Assembly: GCA_045590955.1 (NCBI GenBank)
Contig: JAZNSB010000059.1
Location: forward strand, 2,760 to 66,759
Reading direction: 5' to 3'
DNA length: 64,000 bases
From: Alphaproteobacteria bacterium
GTDB taxonomy: Bacteria; Pseudomonadota; Alphaproteobacteria; RF32; CAG-239
Shown piece by piece: positions 49,274 through 60,941 of this stretch. Positions within the stretch are counted from its first letter, which is position 1. Each line of letters starts with the position of its first letter. The translations under genes were made by a program, and so were the position numbers. Below the pieces are notes generated by a model, which saw nothing but the letters and a program-made list of their open reading frames with translations, had not been told where the DNA came from and did no database searches.

Positions 49274-51688
49274 TTGTTCAAAAAGGCCGGACATATTTTT
49301 GTTTTTTTTGTCGGAATGTATCTGACACTTTTGCTTGCTAGCACAAACTCTCAAGCATCAACGGGCTCTAGTGTAACATTAAGTTTTCCGTGGAACAACC
49401 AAGTAAGTTCTGCCGTATTTTTTAGAGAAGGTTATTTATGGATTGTTTTTGACCGCAAACATGAATTTGATCTGCAGGAACTTGCCAGAACTTCTAAAGA
49501 ATATATAAAAGAAATTGTATCTCTCCCCCATCCAAAAGCCACAATCTTGCGTTTGTTGCCCACAGACAAAATCTTTGTTGCCGTAAGAAAAGAAGGTTTG
49601 CTTTGGATTGTTGATATTTTTGACAAAGAAAGAGAGCCTTTAAGAAGTGCCACAAAAATCCTTACCGAATTTGACGGTCTTCAACATTCTTACCTGTTTA
49701 TTCCATCTGCCACATCAGGAAATGCCATCTCCATCATAGACCCATTGGTTGGAGATACACTGCTCATTATCCCTTCTGCAGATTATTCTTTAAATCTGCC
49801 CACAAATTATTCTTACCCTGATTTAGAATTTTTGCAATCTGTTCAAGGTATTGCCATTGTCCCCAACACAGATGATTTATATTTAAATAAAACCACAGAG
49901 GGAATATCTATCAAAGCACAAAAGCGCAGTTTACACATTTCAAACAACCTTGAATATCTTAAAAAAGAACAACTTTTTTCTACAGCTGCAACAGAAGATA
50001 AAGACCTTCTTTTACCCCATGTTGATATGAACAAACATAACTTTATTGCCTCAGAACATAAGCTTATCACAGATTTGTCTCTTGCATCTGCAAACAACAA
50101 ACAATCTGCCCGTACAGAACTTGCCAAATTTTATATCGGACACGGACTTGGAACAAACGCTCTTGGTTTGTTGGCGCAAAATTACAAAGCAAACCCTAAT
50201 CAAAACAAACAATTTTACTTTTTAAGAGGACTTGCAAACTTTTTGACCAAAAGATATCAAGAAGCATCTGCAGATTTTTCAAACAAATTACTTGAAGGAG
50301 ATGAAAACGCCATATTCTGGCAAACAATCACTCAGTCTCAAACACAAATAAAACCACAAGATAATGCAATTACTTCTGCATATATTTATCTTTTGAGCAA
50401 TTACCCCGAAGATTTAAAAGAAAGAGCCTCTCTTGCCGGAGCACACATAGCTATTTCTGCAGAAGACGACGTAACAGCTCATAAGTTTTTAGACATATTA
50501 AAAAATGCAAATGTCAATCGCTTAAGAAAAGCCCACATAAAATACATCACTGGCAAAATATTTTTACTCCAGGGATACCCTCAAAATGCTTTAAGAGAAT
50601 TTACAGACATTGCACGCTCAGATTCACAAAAATGGGCATCTTTTTCCAGAAAAGAAATTGCCAATTTGGCACATGCTTTCAACTTTATCAGCATATCAGA
50701 TGCCACACAAGAACTTGAAAAAATATACTTTGCTTGGCACACCCAAAGCTTTAGAGAACAAGTTTTGCATGATTTGATTTATCTTTATTCAGAAAATCAA
50801 GATTACCACAGAGCTATAGAAAGAGAATATGAACTATATAAAATGCAAACAGATGAAGTAAAAAAAGCCCAAACCAAACAACAAATGATAACAACAATAG
50901 AAAACCTGTTTTTAGAAGACGTAAACATCAAAATTTCTGCCTTCAAGATTTTGGCTTTATATGACTCTTTTAATTGGATTGCTGTGCAAAGCCCAAAATA
51001 CAACAGCATTGTCAGAAAACTTGTAGATAGACTTGTTGCCGTAGATTTGTTGGAAAGAGCAAAAGAATTAATCAAAACTCAACTGGCAGACAAAAAAACT
51101 CCGAATACAGAAAAACAAAAATTGATAGCCCGACTTGCTCTCATATATCTTTTTGAAAATGCCCCTACACAAGCATTAAAAGTAATTCAAGACAACAAAC
51201 ATTTAAATGCAGACAAACAAATGACAGAGCAAATTCAGGTCATTAAAGCCAGAGCATATATAGACATCAACAGACCTGATTTGGCTTTAAAAACTCTTGA
51301 AAAAGAAAACACCAAGAATGCTATATTATTAAAAACAGATTTATATATGAAAGCCCAAAAATGGGAACAAGCCGCAGACAGTATCAAACAACTCATAGAA
51401 CCGGCTGTTGCAGGCAAGCCTCTTTCTGATGAACAAGCAGAATATATTTTAGACTGGGCATTGGCTTTGAAAAAAGCTGGCAAAGAAACTGTTTTGGTCA
51501 GACTAAGAAACAGCTTCTTACCCCAATTTGAAAAAACCAAGTATTACAGCCCGTTTTCTTTATTAACCAGCCACTTGGATTCTAATAAAATAGATTTAAA
51601 TAAAATAGAAAAAACCATAGATGATACCAAATTATTCAGCAATTTTGTAAAAAGTTACAACAAATCTTTGCAAGAAATAGGACAATAA
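49274..51688 (+). CDS. Large periplasmic TPR-like repeat protein in the flagellar locus (TTG start)
   Basis: An 804-aa protein with a signal peptide (…[12 protein letters not shown]) and a helical-repeat-rich body. It is co-directional with and adjacent to motE. Confidence 0.45.
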   Translation: MFKKAGHIFVFFVGMYLTLLLASTNSQASTGSSVTLSFPWNNQVSSAVFFREGYLWIVFDRKHEFDLQELARTSKEYIKEIVSLPHPKATILRLLPTDKIFVAVRKEGLLWIVDIFDKEREPLRSATKILTEFDGLQHSYLFIPSATSGNAISIIDPLVGDTLLIIPSADYSLNLPTNYSYPDLEFLQSVQGIAIVPNTDDLYLNKTTEGISIKAQKRSLHISNNLEYLKKEQLFSTAATEDKDLLLPHVDMNKHNFIASEHKLITDLSLASANNKQSARTELAKFYIGHGLGTNALGLLAQNYKANPNQNKQFYFLRGLANFLTKRYQEASADFSNKLLEGDENAIFWQTITQSQTQIKPQDNAITSAYIYLLSNYPEDLKERASLAGAHIAISAEDDVTAHKFLDILKNANVNRLRKAHIKYITGKIFLLQGYPQNALREFTDIARSDSQKWASFSRKEIANLAHAFNFISISDATQELEKIYFAWHTQSFREQVLHDLIYLYSENQDYHRAIEREYELYKMQTDEVKKAQTKQQMITTIENLFLEDVNIKISAFKILALYDSFNWIAVQSPKYNSIVRKLVDRLVAVDLLERAKELIKTQLADKKTPNTEKQKLIARLALIYLFENAPTQALKVIQDNKHLNADKQMTEQIQVIKARAYIDINRPDLALKTLEKENTKNAILLKTDLYMKAQKWEQAADSIKQLIEPAVAGKPLSDEQAEYILDWALALKKAGKETVLVRLRNSFLPQFEKTKYYSPFSLLTSHLDSNKIDLNKIEKTIDDTKLFSNFVKSYNKSLQEIGQ

Positions 51689-51698
51689 GAATAATAAA

Positions 51699-53684
51699 AT
51701 GGCATCAAACATATTTCACATAAACAGCAGTTTTGAACCTTCCGGAGACCAACCGCAAGCCATAAAAGAACTAACAGACGGATTAAAAAACGGACAACAA
51801 AATCAAATTTTGCTCGGAGTAACAGGTTCCGGCAAAACTTTTACCATGGCAAAAATCATTGAACAAAGCAAACGCCCTGCCCTCATTATGGCTCCCAACA
51901 AAATTTTGGCAGCCCAATTATACTCTGAGATGAAAGATTTTTTTCCCAACAATAATGTAGAATACTTTGTATCATATTATGACTATTACCAACCCGAAGC
52001 ATATATTCCCAAAACAGATACATATATTGAAAAAGATTCTTCCATAAATGAACAAATTGATATGATGCGTCACGGAGCAACCAGAAACGTATTAGAAAAC
52101 AGAGATGTAATTATTGTTGCATCTGTATCTTGTATATATGGATTGGGTAGCATGGAATCATATTCATCCATGTGTTTTGAAATAAAAACCGGAGACAACA
52201 TTGAGCCTTCCGCTCTTTTCCGCAACCTCTGCCAACTTCAATATGAACGCAATCAAACAGACTTCAAACGCTCTACTTTCAGAGCCAATGGAGACATAGT
52301 TGATATTTTTCCTGCACACTATGAAGACAGAGCTTGGAGATTATCCTTTTTTGGAGATGAAGTAGAAGAAATATATGAAATAGACGCCCTAACAGGCAAA
52401 AAAACCGCAAAACTGGATTCTGTGGTTGTATATCCTGCCAGCCATTATGTAACGCCAAGACCTGCATTATCGCAAGCAATTACAGAAATTAAAAAAGAAC
52501 TCAAAACACAAATAGAAACATTTAAAAATCAAGGCAAACTTCTAGAGGCCCAAAGATTGGAACAACGCACAAAATTTGATCTTGAAATGCTTGAAACAAC
52601 AGGACACTGCAAAGGGATTGAAAATTATTCCAGATTTTTAACCGGAAGAAACCCCGGCGAACCTCCGCCCACACTGTTTGAATATCTTCCCAAAGATTGC
52701 ATAATTTTCATAGATGAAAGTCACATTAGTGTTCCTCAAATCGGAGCCATGTTTAAGGGAGACCAAAGTCGCAAACAAACTCTGTCAGAATTTGGATTTC
52801 GCCTTCCTTCTTGCAAAGACAACCGTCCTCTTAAATTTGAAGAATGGAATAAAATGCGTGGACAGACCATCTTTGTTTCTGCCACTCCCGGAGACTGGGA
52901 ACTTGAACAAACGCAAGGTGTTTTTACTGAACAGCTTATTCGTCCCACCGGACTTACCGACCCTGTTTGCATTGTCAGACCGGTAGAAAATCAAATAGAC
53001 GACTTGATGAAAGAATGCAAAATCAGAGCACAAAAGAATCAATGAGTTTTGGTTACAACCTTAACCAAAAGAATGGCAGAAAAACTCACCGATTATTTAA
53101 GAGAAAATAACATTAGGGTTAAATATCTGCACTCTGATATTGAAACACTTGAAAGAATTGAAATCATCAGAGACTTAAGACTTGGCAATTTTGATGTTCT
53201 TGTCGGCATTAACCTGCTCAGAGAAGGTTTAGACATACCTGAATGTTCTTTGGTTGCCATTTTAGATGCAGATAAAGAAGGTTTTTTGCGTTCATATCGC
53301 TCATTAATCCAAACCATTGGCAGAGCCGCCAGAAACTCAGAAGGACAAGTCATTTTGTATGCAGACAAGATGACAGGCTCCATCCAAACCGCATTAGAAG
53401 AAACCAATCGTAGAAGAACCAAACAACTGGCATATAATACCGCCCACAACATTACCCCGGCCACCATTAACAAACAAATTTCTCCAACATTGTTTAAAAT
53501 GATAAATGCAGATTATGTTGAAAAAGAACAAATTTCTCTCAACAAAGACGGCAACATAGAAAAACAAATTAAAGAACTTACAAAAAAGATGAAACAAGCA
53601 GCAGAAAATCTTAACTTTGAAGATGCCGTTAAATATCGTGATCAAATCAAAAAATTAGAAAAAGACTTTTTACAAAAAGTGTAG
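51699..53684 (+). pseudogene. uvrB: uvrB (excinuclease ABC subunit B) interrupted by a single in-frame TGA at 53043..53045; both halves are otherwise intact
   Basis: The N-terminal part (51699..53045) carries Walker A ([10 protein letters not shown]). The C-terminal part (53049..53684) carries helicase motifs V/VI and the UVR domain. They are in the same frame and read ...[15 protein letters not shown], against the conserved ...[15 protein letters not shown]. This fits CGA changed to TGA. Confidence 0.7.
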
Positions 53685-53693
53685 GAAAAACTT

Positions 53694-54134
53694 ATGAAAA
53701 TAACCATCAAAGCAATAGGAAAATGTAAAAAAGGCTCACCGGAAGCAGAACTGATTAATGAATATATCAAGCGTAGCAAATGGGATATTTGCATTAAAGA
53801 AGCAGATAACTCTACCCAAGAAAAAGAAGCTTCATTTTTAACCTCCGGCTTACCTGCAAACGCAAAAATTGTGGTCTTAGATGAAAGAGGAATAAACATA
53901 AAATCCATAGAACTCGCACAAACTGTTGAAAATTGGCAAAATAACGGTTGCAATGAAATATGTTTTCTTATCGGGGGAGCAGACGGTCACCTTGAAAGCA
54001 CTCGCCAAAAAGCAGATTTAATTTTATCATTCGGTCGCCTGACATTGCCACATATGTTAATGAGAGCCGTTTTAACAGAACAAATATATCGCATCCAAAC
54101 CATTTTGTCCGGACACCCATACCACAGAGAATAA
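53694..54134 (+). CDS. rlmH: 23S rRNA (pseudouridine1915-N3)-methyltransferase RlmH
   Basis: A SPOUT fold with the typical length and the ...GHPYHRE C-terminus. Confidence 0.85.
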   Translation: MKITIKAIGKCKKGSPEAELINEYIKRSKWDICIKEADNSTQEKEASFLTSGLPANAKIVVLDERGINIKSIELAQTVENWQNNGCNEICFLIGGADGHLESTRQKADLILSFGRLTLPHMLMRAVLTEQIYRIQTILSGHPYHRE

Positions 54135-54210
54135 AAACAAGTTAATTTTAAAAAAAATAGGGCCAAAATAAGTTAGCCCTATAATTATCATTGCCTATAG
54201 TTAAAAATCA

Positions 54211-54561
54211 TCAATTTTTACGCACGTTTGCCACGGCACTCCACATTTTTTCTATATTATAAAACTCTCTTACTTCAGCTCTAAAGATATGAACAATTAC
54301 ATCATAGGCATCAATAAGCACCCAATCTGCCTTGTCCTGACCTTCCACCACAGATTTAAAACCGTTATCTTTTAAGGCCTGATACACATATTCTGCCACT
54401 GCCGCCACGTGTCTTTGAGAATTTCCGGTTGCCACCACCATATGGTCGGCAATGCTGGTTTTTCCTTGCAAATCCATATGCACAATGTTTTCTGCTTTAT
54501 TATCTTCCAAAGTTTTAAGCACTATCTGTAAAATATCTTTTTTTTGTTTTTTCATTTTCAC
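54211..54561 (-). CDS. rsfS: Ribosomal silencing factor RsfS (Iojap)
   Basis: DHMVVATGNSQRHVAAVAE...WVLIDAYDVIVHIF. Confidence 0.85.
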   Translation of the reverse strand: MKMKKQKKDILQIVLKTLEDNKAENIVHMDLQGKTSIADHMVVATGNSQRHVAAVAEYVYQALKDNGFKSVVEGQDKADWVLIDAYDVIVHIFRAEVREFYNIEKMWSAVANVRKN

Positions 54562-54563
54562 CT

Positions 54564-55655
<1,092 letters not shown>

Positions 55656-55680
55656 TTAATAACACTCTCCAACCAAAAGT

Positions 55681-55935
55681 TTATTCTGTAACCACAGAAA
55701 CATAAACTTTATCGTCGGCTTTTGTGGCAAATTCCACTTTTCCTTCAGCCACAGCAAAGATTGTATGGTCTTTACCCATATCAACATTTTTGCCCGGATG
55801 ATATTTGGTGCCTCTTTGACGAATAATGATATTACCAGGAATAACTTTTTCTCCGCCAAATTTTTTCACACCTAAGCGACGACCTTCCGAGTCTCTACCG
55901 TTACTGGAGCTACCGCCTGATTTCTTATGTGCCAT
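55681..55935 (-). CDS. rpmA: 50S ribosomal protein L27
   Basis: [29 protein letters not shown]... is canonical. Confidence 0.95.
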   Translation of the reverse strand: MAHKKSGGSSSNGRDSEGRRLGVKKFGGEKVIPGNIIIRQRGTKYHPGKNVDMGKDHTIFAVAEGKVEFATKADDKVYVSVVTE

Positions 55936-55949
55936 ATCTAAATCTCCTC

Positions 55950-56273
55950 TTATTTACCTTCAGCAGGCTTTGCAGCACCGCCCAAAATATCTGTAATTTT
56001 AACGATTGTAATGTTTTGGCGATGACCATTTTTACGACGATAATTTTGTCTTCTTTTCTTTTTGAAAACAATTACCTTTGCATCTTTTGCCTGTTTTACA
56101 ACCAAAGCCTTAACGCTGGCTTCTTTTACTAACGGTGTTCCGATTTTATCGCCCAAAGCCAAAACTTCGTTAAATACAACCTCAGAACCCTCTTCGGCCT
56201 TAATTTTTTCAATTTTCAGCACGTCGCCGGAATTAACTTTATATTGTTTTCCGCCTGTTTTTATTATTGCATA
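55950..56273 (-). CDS. rplU: 50S ribosomal protein L21
   Basis: [25 protein letters not shown]... is canonical. The start is taken at MYAII. Confidence 0.9.
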   Translation of the reverse strand, partial: YAIIKTGGKQYKVNSGDVLKIEKIKAEEGSEVVFNEVLALGDKIGTPLVKEASVKALVVKQAKDAKVIVFKKKRRQNYRRKNGHRQNITIVKITDILGGAAKPAEGK

Positions 56274-56349
56274 CATTTTTTCTTCCATTCATAAATATCA
56301 AACTTTTTTATGCAATATACATAAGATTTTCTTACTGTCAACATAAAAT

Positions 56350-56817
56350 TTATTGTTTCTTTACAAATACTCTGTATAAGGATGGATTCATAAACTTTGT
56401 CTTCCATATTCCTTTTTTATTTTTCATAGCCTGTTTTTGTTGCAAAGCATATTCATCACCATATTGCGCATAAGACAAGGCATAACCTTCTGCCACCATT
56501 TGCTCTGCCAAATCTTTGCCGTTGCAATAACATGTTGCCAACCATCTGTTATATTTGTCTTTGCCTTCTTTTTTGCACTCAATTTTTCCTTTTATCAAAG
56601 ATTGTAAAAACTTTTTTGACTGTTTTCCGCATTTAATTTCTTTTTTACCTTCATAACAAATTTGCATATATTCCGGAGCATCAATTCCTTTTAACCTGAC
56701 ATTTTCTCCATTTATCAAAATACTGTCTCCATCCAATACGTTAATTTGTCCATTTGCCGTGGCAAAATTACAAATAACAAGTAACAGCAGTAAAAGCAAT
56801 ACAGATTTTATATTCAT
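56350..56817 (-). CDS. Secreted thermonuclease-like (SNase fold) nuclease
   Basis: A signal peptide, then VLDGDSILINGENVRLKGIDAPE ... DKYNRWLATCYCNGKDLAEQMVAEGYALSY parallels the staphylococcal nuclease motifs (DGDT..RL.GIDAPE ... DRYGR.LA.V ... G.A). Confidence 0.65.
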   Translation of the reverse strand: MNIKSVLLLLLLLVICNFATANGQINVLDGDSILINGENVRLKGIDAPEYMQICYEGKKEIKCGKQSKKFLQSLIKGKIECKKEGKDKYNRWLATCYCNGKDLAEQMVAEGYALSYAQYGDEYALQQKQAMKNKKGIWKTKFMNPSLYRVFVKKQ

Positions 56818-56937
56818 AACACCTCTCAATGTTCACTATATCTGCAAATTTATGTTTTTTGCAAGAATATATTGTAAAAGTAATAAAAATACTTTGTAAT
56901 TCTATTTATTTGACGTAATATAAGATAAATTTTTATT

Positions 56938-57783
56938 GTGAGGTTTGAAGTGTTTAAAAAATTTTTACTTATATCTTTGTTGTTTTTAAGTTCTTGCGCC
57001 ATTTCACAACGCAGTTTCAAAGAAATTATTAACGACCCGTTTAACCTTAAGGCAGAGGGCAAGAATGCAACAAACGCCCCTTTAACATTAGAAAACAGCG
57101 TTGTAATCTGTCGTTCAAAACAATGTGCGCCGGCAAAACTTTCTATGTCAAAAGAATATATTTATAATTCTTTATTGCAACTTTTTGACAACAACGACAA
57201 CAGCAGAGCGCTTGTTTGCCAGTCAAACCCGGCAAGCAAATCTTGCTTAGAGACATATATCACACTACCGATAACTGTGGGCATTACCCCGGCATATATG
57301 TATATTGATTATGTAAAAATTTCAGACGTTTCATTTACGGAAGATACTTCACAAATAACCGCTTTATTAAATTACCACGTTACATATAACGGTCAAACAC
57401 CGGTATGCAACCCATCAAAAACCATTATCTTTGCAAAAAATGCTGAACACGTATTGTTGGAAGATTCCGGTTATTCTTGCAAGATGACAACTGTTGGAAA
57501 AACATCTGTAAAAACAGTTTTTGCCATTGATTACATAGACTTAGATTATGGTTTTATCGGCGGATATTATTCAATAGGTCTTTCCGGTCCGGCATATGGT
57601 GGAGGCACCGGTTACATGTTGCTTAAATTACAAAAAAATGCATATCCTTTATCTCCGGCTCTGCAAACACCAAAAAATTCTCAAAATAAAGATATTGCCA
57701 GAGAACAGAATATAAACAGAACCTCAAATAGCCAATCAACCGCAGGAGTTGACGGGGTTCAGATATTCCCGATAAACAAATAG
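56938..57783 (+). CDS. Hypothetical lipoprotein (GTG start; lipobox LSSC)
   Basis: FKKFLLISLLFLSSC. No recognisable domain. A terminator follows at 57805..57838. Confidence 0.4.
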   Translation: MRFEVFKKFLLISLLFLSSCAISQRSFKEIINDPFNLKAEGKNATNAPLTLENSVVICRSKQCAPAKLSMSKEYIYNSLLQLFDNNDNSRALVCQSNPASKSCLETYITLPITVGITPAYMYIDYVKISDVSFTEDTSQITALLNYHVTYNGQTPVCNPSKTIIFAKNAEHVLLEDSGYSCKMTTVGKTSVKTVFAIDYIDLDYGFIGGYYSIGLSGPAYGGGTGYMLLKLQKNAYPLSPALQTPKNSQNKDIAREQNINRTSNSQSTAGVDGVQIFPINK

Positions 57784-57804
57784 CAAACACACTTTTTAAT
57801 AAAA

Positions 57805-57838
57805 AAGCACCCCGACCGGAGTGCTTTTTTTTGTTTTT
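57805..57838. terminator. Bidirectional rho-independent terminator
   Basis: aagcac-cccgaccgga-gtgctt followed by ttttttttg. Confidence 0.6.
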
Positions 57839-57847
57839 TAAAGACAG

Positions 57848-59014
57848 TTATCTGCCGTCATCTCTGCCTGTCGGCATATTTTGACGAGTATTTACATGTT
57901 GTTTTTCTTGGGCTTTTTGTTCTTTTTTAATTTCTTTTTCTCGTTTTCTTGCCGCAATTTTTGTTCTTAAAGCCGCAATTGCAGCCAAAGGCCTTGCATA
58001 GGCAATATCTTCGGCAGAACGTCTTACCAATGACAAATTATCTTCGTTCATAGCTTCAGATTTAATGCTTTCTCTCATTAACTTTAATGCCTTTTTGGCC
58101 AATTTACGATCCGCCTTGCCAATGTCTTCAAGGCAGTGTGTTATTGCATATACCTCATGTTCGTTAGGTTTATCATGTGTTCTAAGATAATATTCCACAT
58201 GCTTAAATGCTGTTTCGGCAAATTTCGGATCTTTTCTTGAAATTTCTCCCATAAGATAGAAATCTGAGGTGTTTAAGCCACCACGAACCAGCTCATAACG
58301 TGCCGCAATTCTTTCAACACGTTCCGGTTCAGCAGCTCCACTTGCAATCAATCTAGTATAAGCACGCTGGGCAGCATTTTTTACATCTTCCCTATGAGTT
58401 GAGGTTTCATAGCGTTCAATTATATTAAAACACCTTTCTACATCATAAGGTTTTAGGTCTTCACTAAATTGTACCAATGTAGAAATGACTCTAGGCGTTA
58501 GTTCTTCTTCATAATGACGATCCATTGAACAGATACTACCAATCGGATCTCTCAAAGCACCAGGAAATTTTTTTGCAATGGTTACAATATCGGACAAAAC
58601 ACGCTTACGATCCACTTCTCCAACTTTTGCACTAGAGGCCGTTATAGAAATAGCAGTTTCTAATAAATTTCCTAGCTCTGGGTTTTTTTCTAAATCTTTA
58701 CCCCACCAATCAGTACTTTTTAAATCAGACACAATATGTATCCCCGCCTCAGGAATTTCCAATAATATGTCGGTACAAAATTCGCGGTTTTCAGAATTAT
58801 ACATCGCACGAAGCATCTTAGCTATGCCTGATGATGGAACCTCTTTTGAAGTTTTAGATATTTCTCGTATAGTTTTTAAAATCTCCGCAGCAAGCTCCGG
58901 ATTTTTATCAACCTTCTGACCGACCTTCTCCCAATCATGGTAAGGATAACAAGGTTCTTCTTTTATCCGCTTCATCATAGAATCAAATTCTTTTCTATCT
59001 TCCTCAGTAACCAT
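57848..59014 (-). CDS. Hypothetical all-helical protein (388 aa, Arg/Glu-rich, no signal peptide); monocistronic and terminator-flanked
   Basis: A clean ORF with somewhat higher GC than its neighbours and terminators on both sides. Confidence 0.4.
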   Translation of the reverse strand: MVTEEDRKEFDSMMKRIKEEPCYPYHDWEKVGQKVDKNPELAAEILKTIREISKTSKEVPSSGIAKMLRAMYNSENREFCTDILLEIPEAGIHIVSDLKSTDWWGKDLEKNPELGNLLETAISITASSAKVGEVDRKRVLSDIVTIAKKFPGALRDPIGSICSMDRHYEEELTPRVISTLVQFSEDLKPYDVERCFNIIERYETSTHREDVKNAAQRAYTRLIASGAAEPERVERIAARYELVRGGLNTSDFYLMGEISRKDPKFAETAFKHVEYYLRTHDKPNEHEVYAITHCLEDIGKADRKLAKKALKLMRESIKSEAMNEDNLSLVRRSAEDIAYARPLAAIAALRTKIAARKREKEIKKEQKAQEKQHVNTRQNMPTGRDDGR

Positions 59015-59230
59015 AACACACCTCCTATATACTGTAAAAAACCGAACATTTTTTTACAATGTTTTAAGGAATCATGAGATAAACTGGCTTAACATCAGGA
59101 AGTCCTTGTTTTTATTTTGTTATTGCATATTAGACAAAAATATGGCATAATAAATATAGGCATTGGATTTAAATGTTCCTTTTTTTACAATGACATAAAT
59201 CTCAATTTTTCAGACTGTTTACACTAAAAA

Positions 59231-59257
59231 AAAAGACGATTAAAATCGTCTTTTGTC
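59231..59257. terminator. Hairpin terminator after holC
   Basis: agacgatt-aa-aatcgtct with A/T runs on both sides. Confidence 0.5.
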
Positions 59258-59707
59258 TTATTGTTTTTGTTCCCATTTACCAACGCTGTTTTGTTGCCAA
59301 TAATTAAGCTCTGCATCTTGTTCTTTTAAGCGTTTCCATAAATCTCTGGCATATTCAAGAGATTCCTTATTGTTTCCGTCAAAAATACAAAAAACTCTCT
59401 CAAAAACCTCATCAGATTTATAATCTGCACAATCCACCAAAAACAAATAGCTTGCTCCGTTTGGATTATCATCTTCACATGTAAGCCAAATAGGTTGCTT
59501 ATCTGCCTGACCATATTTTTTGCATGAATGAGGCAGAAAACTATCTTCTTTATACGTCCAAAGCAAGTTATTTAATAATTCCACCCTCTCCTCATTTCCA
59601 ATGCGGACCAATATATTTTTTTGTGATGCATATGCTTTTTCCAGCAATTTTGGAAGCACATTTTCCAAGGTATCATGTTGCAAATGATAAAAATCAATTC
59701 TGTTCAT
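59258..59707 (-). CDS. holC: DNA polymerase III chi subunit
   Basis: MNRIDFYHLQHDTLENVLPKLLEKAYASQKNILVR... is the alphaproteobacterial HolC pattern. Confidence 0.7.
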   Translation of the reverse strand: MNRIDFYHLQHDTLENVLPKLLEKAYASQKNILVRIGNEERVELLNNLLWTYKEDSFLPHSCKKYGQADKQPIWLTCEDDNPNGASYLFLVDCADYKSDEVFERVFCIFDGNNKESLEYARDLWKRLKEQDAELNYWQQNSVGKWEQKQ

Positions 59708-60941
59708 TTATCAACTCCATTTTAACCATATGCATTTCTTCATCACGGTCTATTTCCATTTCCATCGGACGCATCATATCTGCTTTTGCATATACCACCA
59801 TATCTTCCACATCTTTAATGCTTATAATGGTTCTGCCATCAATTTTGGCAATCCTATCTCCTTCTTTTAATCCGTGTTTAGCCGCCAAACCGTCATGTTT
59901 TACTTTTGCCACAACAACATTAAAAGTCTCATTTTTCAGCCACAATCCCAAATCATAAATCTCAAACAAATTTTCTTCTTTTTCTTTTGCCAACGTTACT
60001 TGTTCTTGAGGCTGTTCTTCAATTATTATATTTTTGATGATTTGCTGATTATTTCTTTGCAAAACAATCTCCACATTTTCTCCAACTTTGGTCTGAGCAA
60101 TTTCTCTGGACAGGTTCTTAATGTTTTTCACGTCTTTGCCGTTAAATTTAACAATTTTATCACCCACTTCCAAACCTTGTTTCATTGCCGGACCACCATT
60201 TTTCAAAGAAGATATTATTCCGGCTCCGTCTTCAGATTGTAGCATTGCACCAATATAACCTCTTTTTACCTCTCCGGTCTGTTTTAACTGATTTACCACC
60301 CACATTACCTGATTAATTGGGCTTGCAAAACCAATCCCTTGTGACAAACCGGTATCAGAGAATATGGCAGAATTTACACCTATTACTTCTCCTTGCAAAT
60401 TAAACATAGGACCGCCGGAATTTCCCTGATTTATTGAGGCATCTGTTTGCAAAAAATTATCATACGGACCCACTTCAATATCTCTTGATTTTGCAGAAAT
60501 AATACCGGCAGTCAAACTACCTCCTAAACCAAACGGATTTCCAATGGCCAAAATCCAATCCCCAACTCTTACTTTGTCAGAATCTCCTATCACTACAGGG
60601 CTTAACTTTATATCCGGATTAATTTTGAGCAATGCCACATCAGATTTTTTATCCACGCCTACCACATTTGCATCATATTCATCATCATTAGCCAATACCA
60701 CATTAATTTTTGTGGCTTTTTCAATAACATGCAAATTGGTAACAATATATCCGTCTTCTGAAATAATAAATCCCGAACCCAAAGACTGATGTTCAACATC
60801 TTCATCTGTTTCTTGAACGGTAGACACATTAACCACACAATCAAAAAGCTTTTCTGCCACATCTGCAAAACTGATTGGCACTTGAGCATTGACAGGCAAG
60901 GCAACAAACATCAGACTTAAAGTTAAGACAAGTTTCTTCAT
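59694..60941 (-). CDS. degP: Periplasmic serine endoprotease DegP/HtrA (trypsin domain + PDZ)
   Basis: DVALLKINPD (Asp) and GNSGGPMFNLQGEVIGVNSAI (Ser) form the catalytic triad context. PDZ domains lie C-terminal. Confidence 0.85.
   Translation of the reverse strand: MKKLVLTLSLMFVALPVNAQVPISFADVAEKLFDCVVNVSTVQETDEDVEHQSLGSGFIISEDGYIVTNLHVIEKATKINVVLANDDEYDANVVGVDKKSDVALLKINPDIKLSPVVIGDSDKVRVGDWILAIGNPFGLGGSLTAGIISAKSRDIEVGPYDNFLQTDASINQGNSGGPMFNLQGEVIGVNSAIFSDTGLSQGIGFASPINQVMWVVNQLKQTGEVKRGYIGAMLQSEDGAGIISSLKNGGPAMKQGLEVGDKIVKFNGKDVKNIKNLSREIAQTKVGENVEIVLQRNNQQIIKNIIIEEQPQEQVTLAKEKEENLFEIYDLGLWLKNETFNVVVAKVKHDGLAAKHGLKEGDRIAKIDGRTIISIKDVEDMVVYAKADMMRPMEMEIDRDEEMHMVKMELINEQN

Noticed and set aside
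51699-53684. Alternative genetic code (UGA=Trp) as the explanation of the uvrB in-frame TGA
   Set aside because: All other long genes in 64 kb are intact under the standard code, and the affected codon aligns with a conserved Arg rather than Trp.
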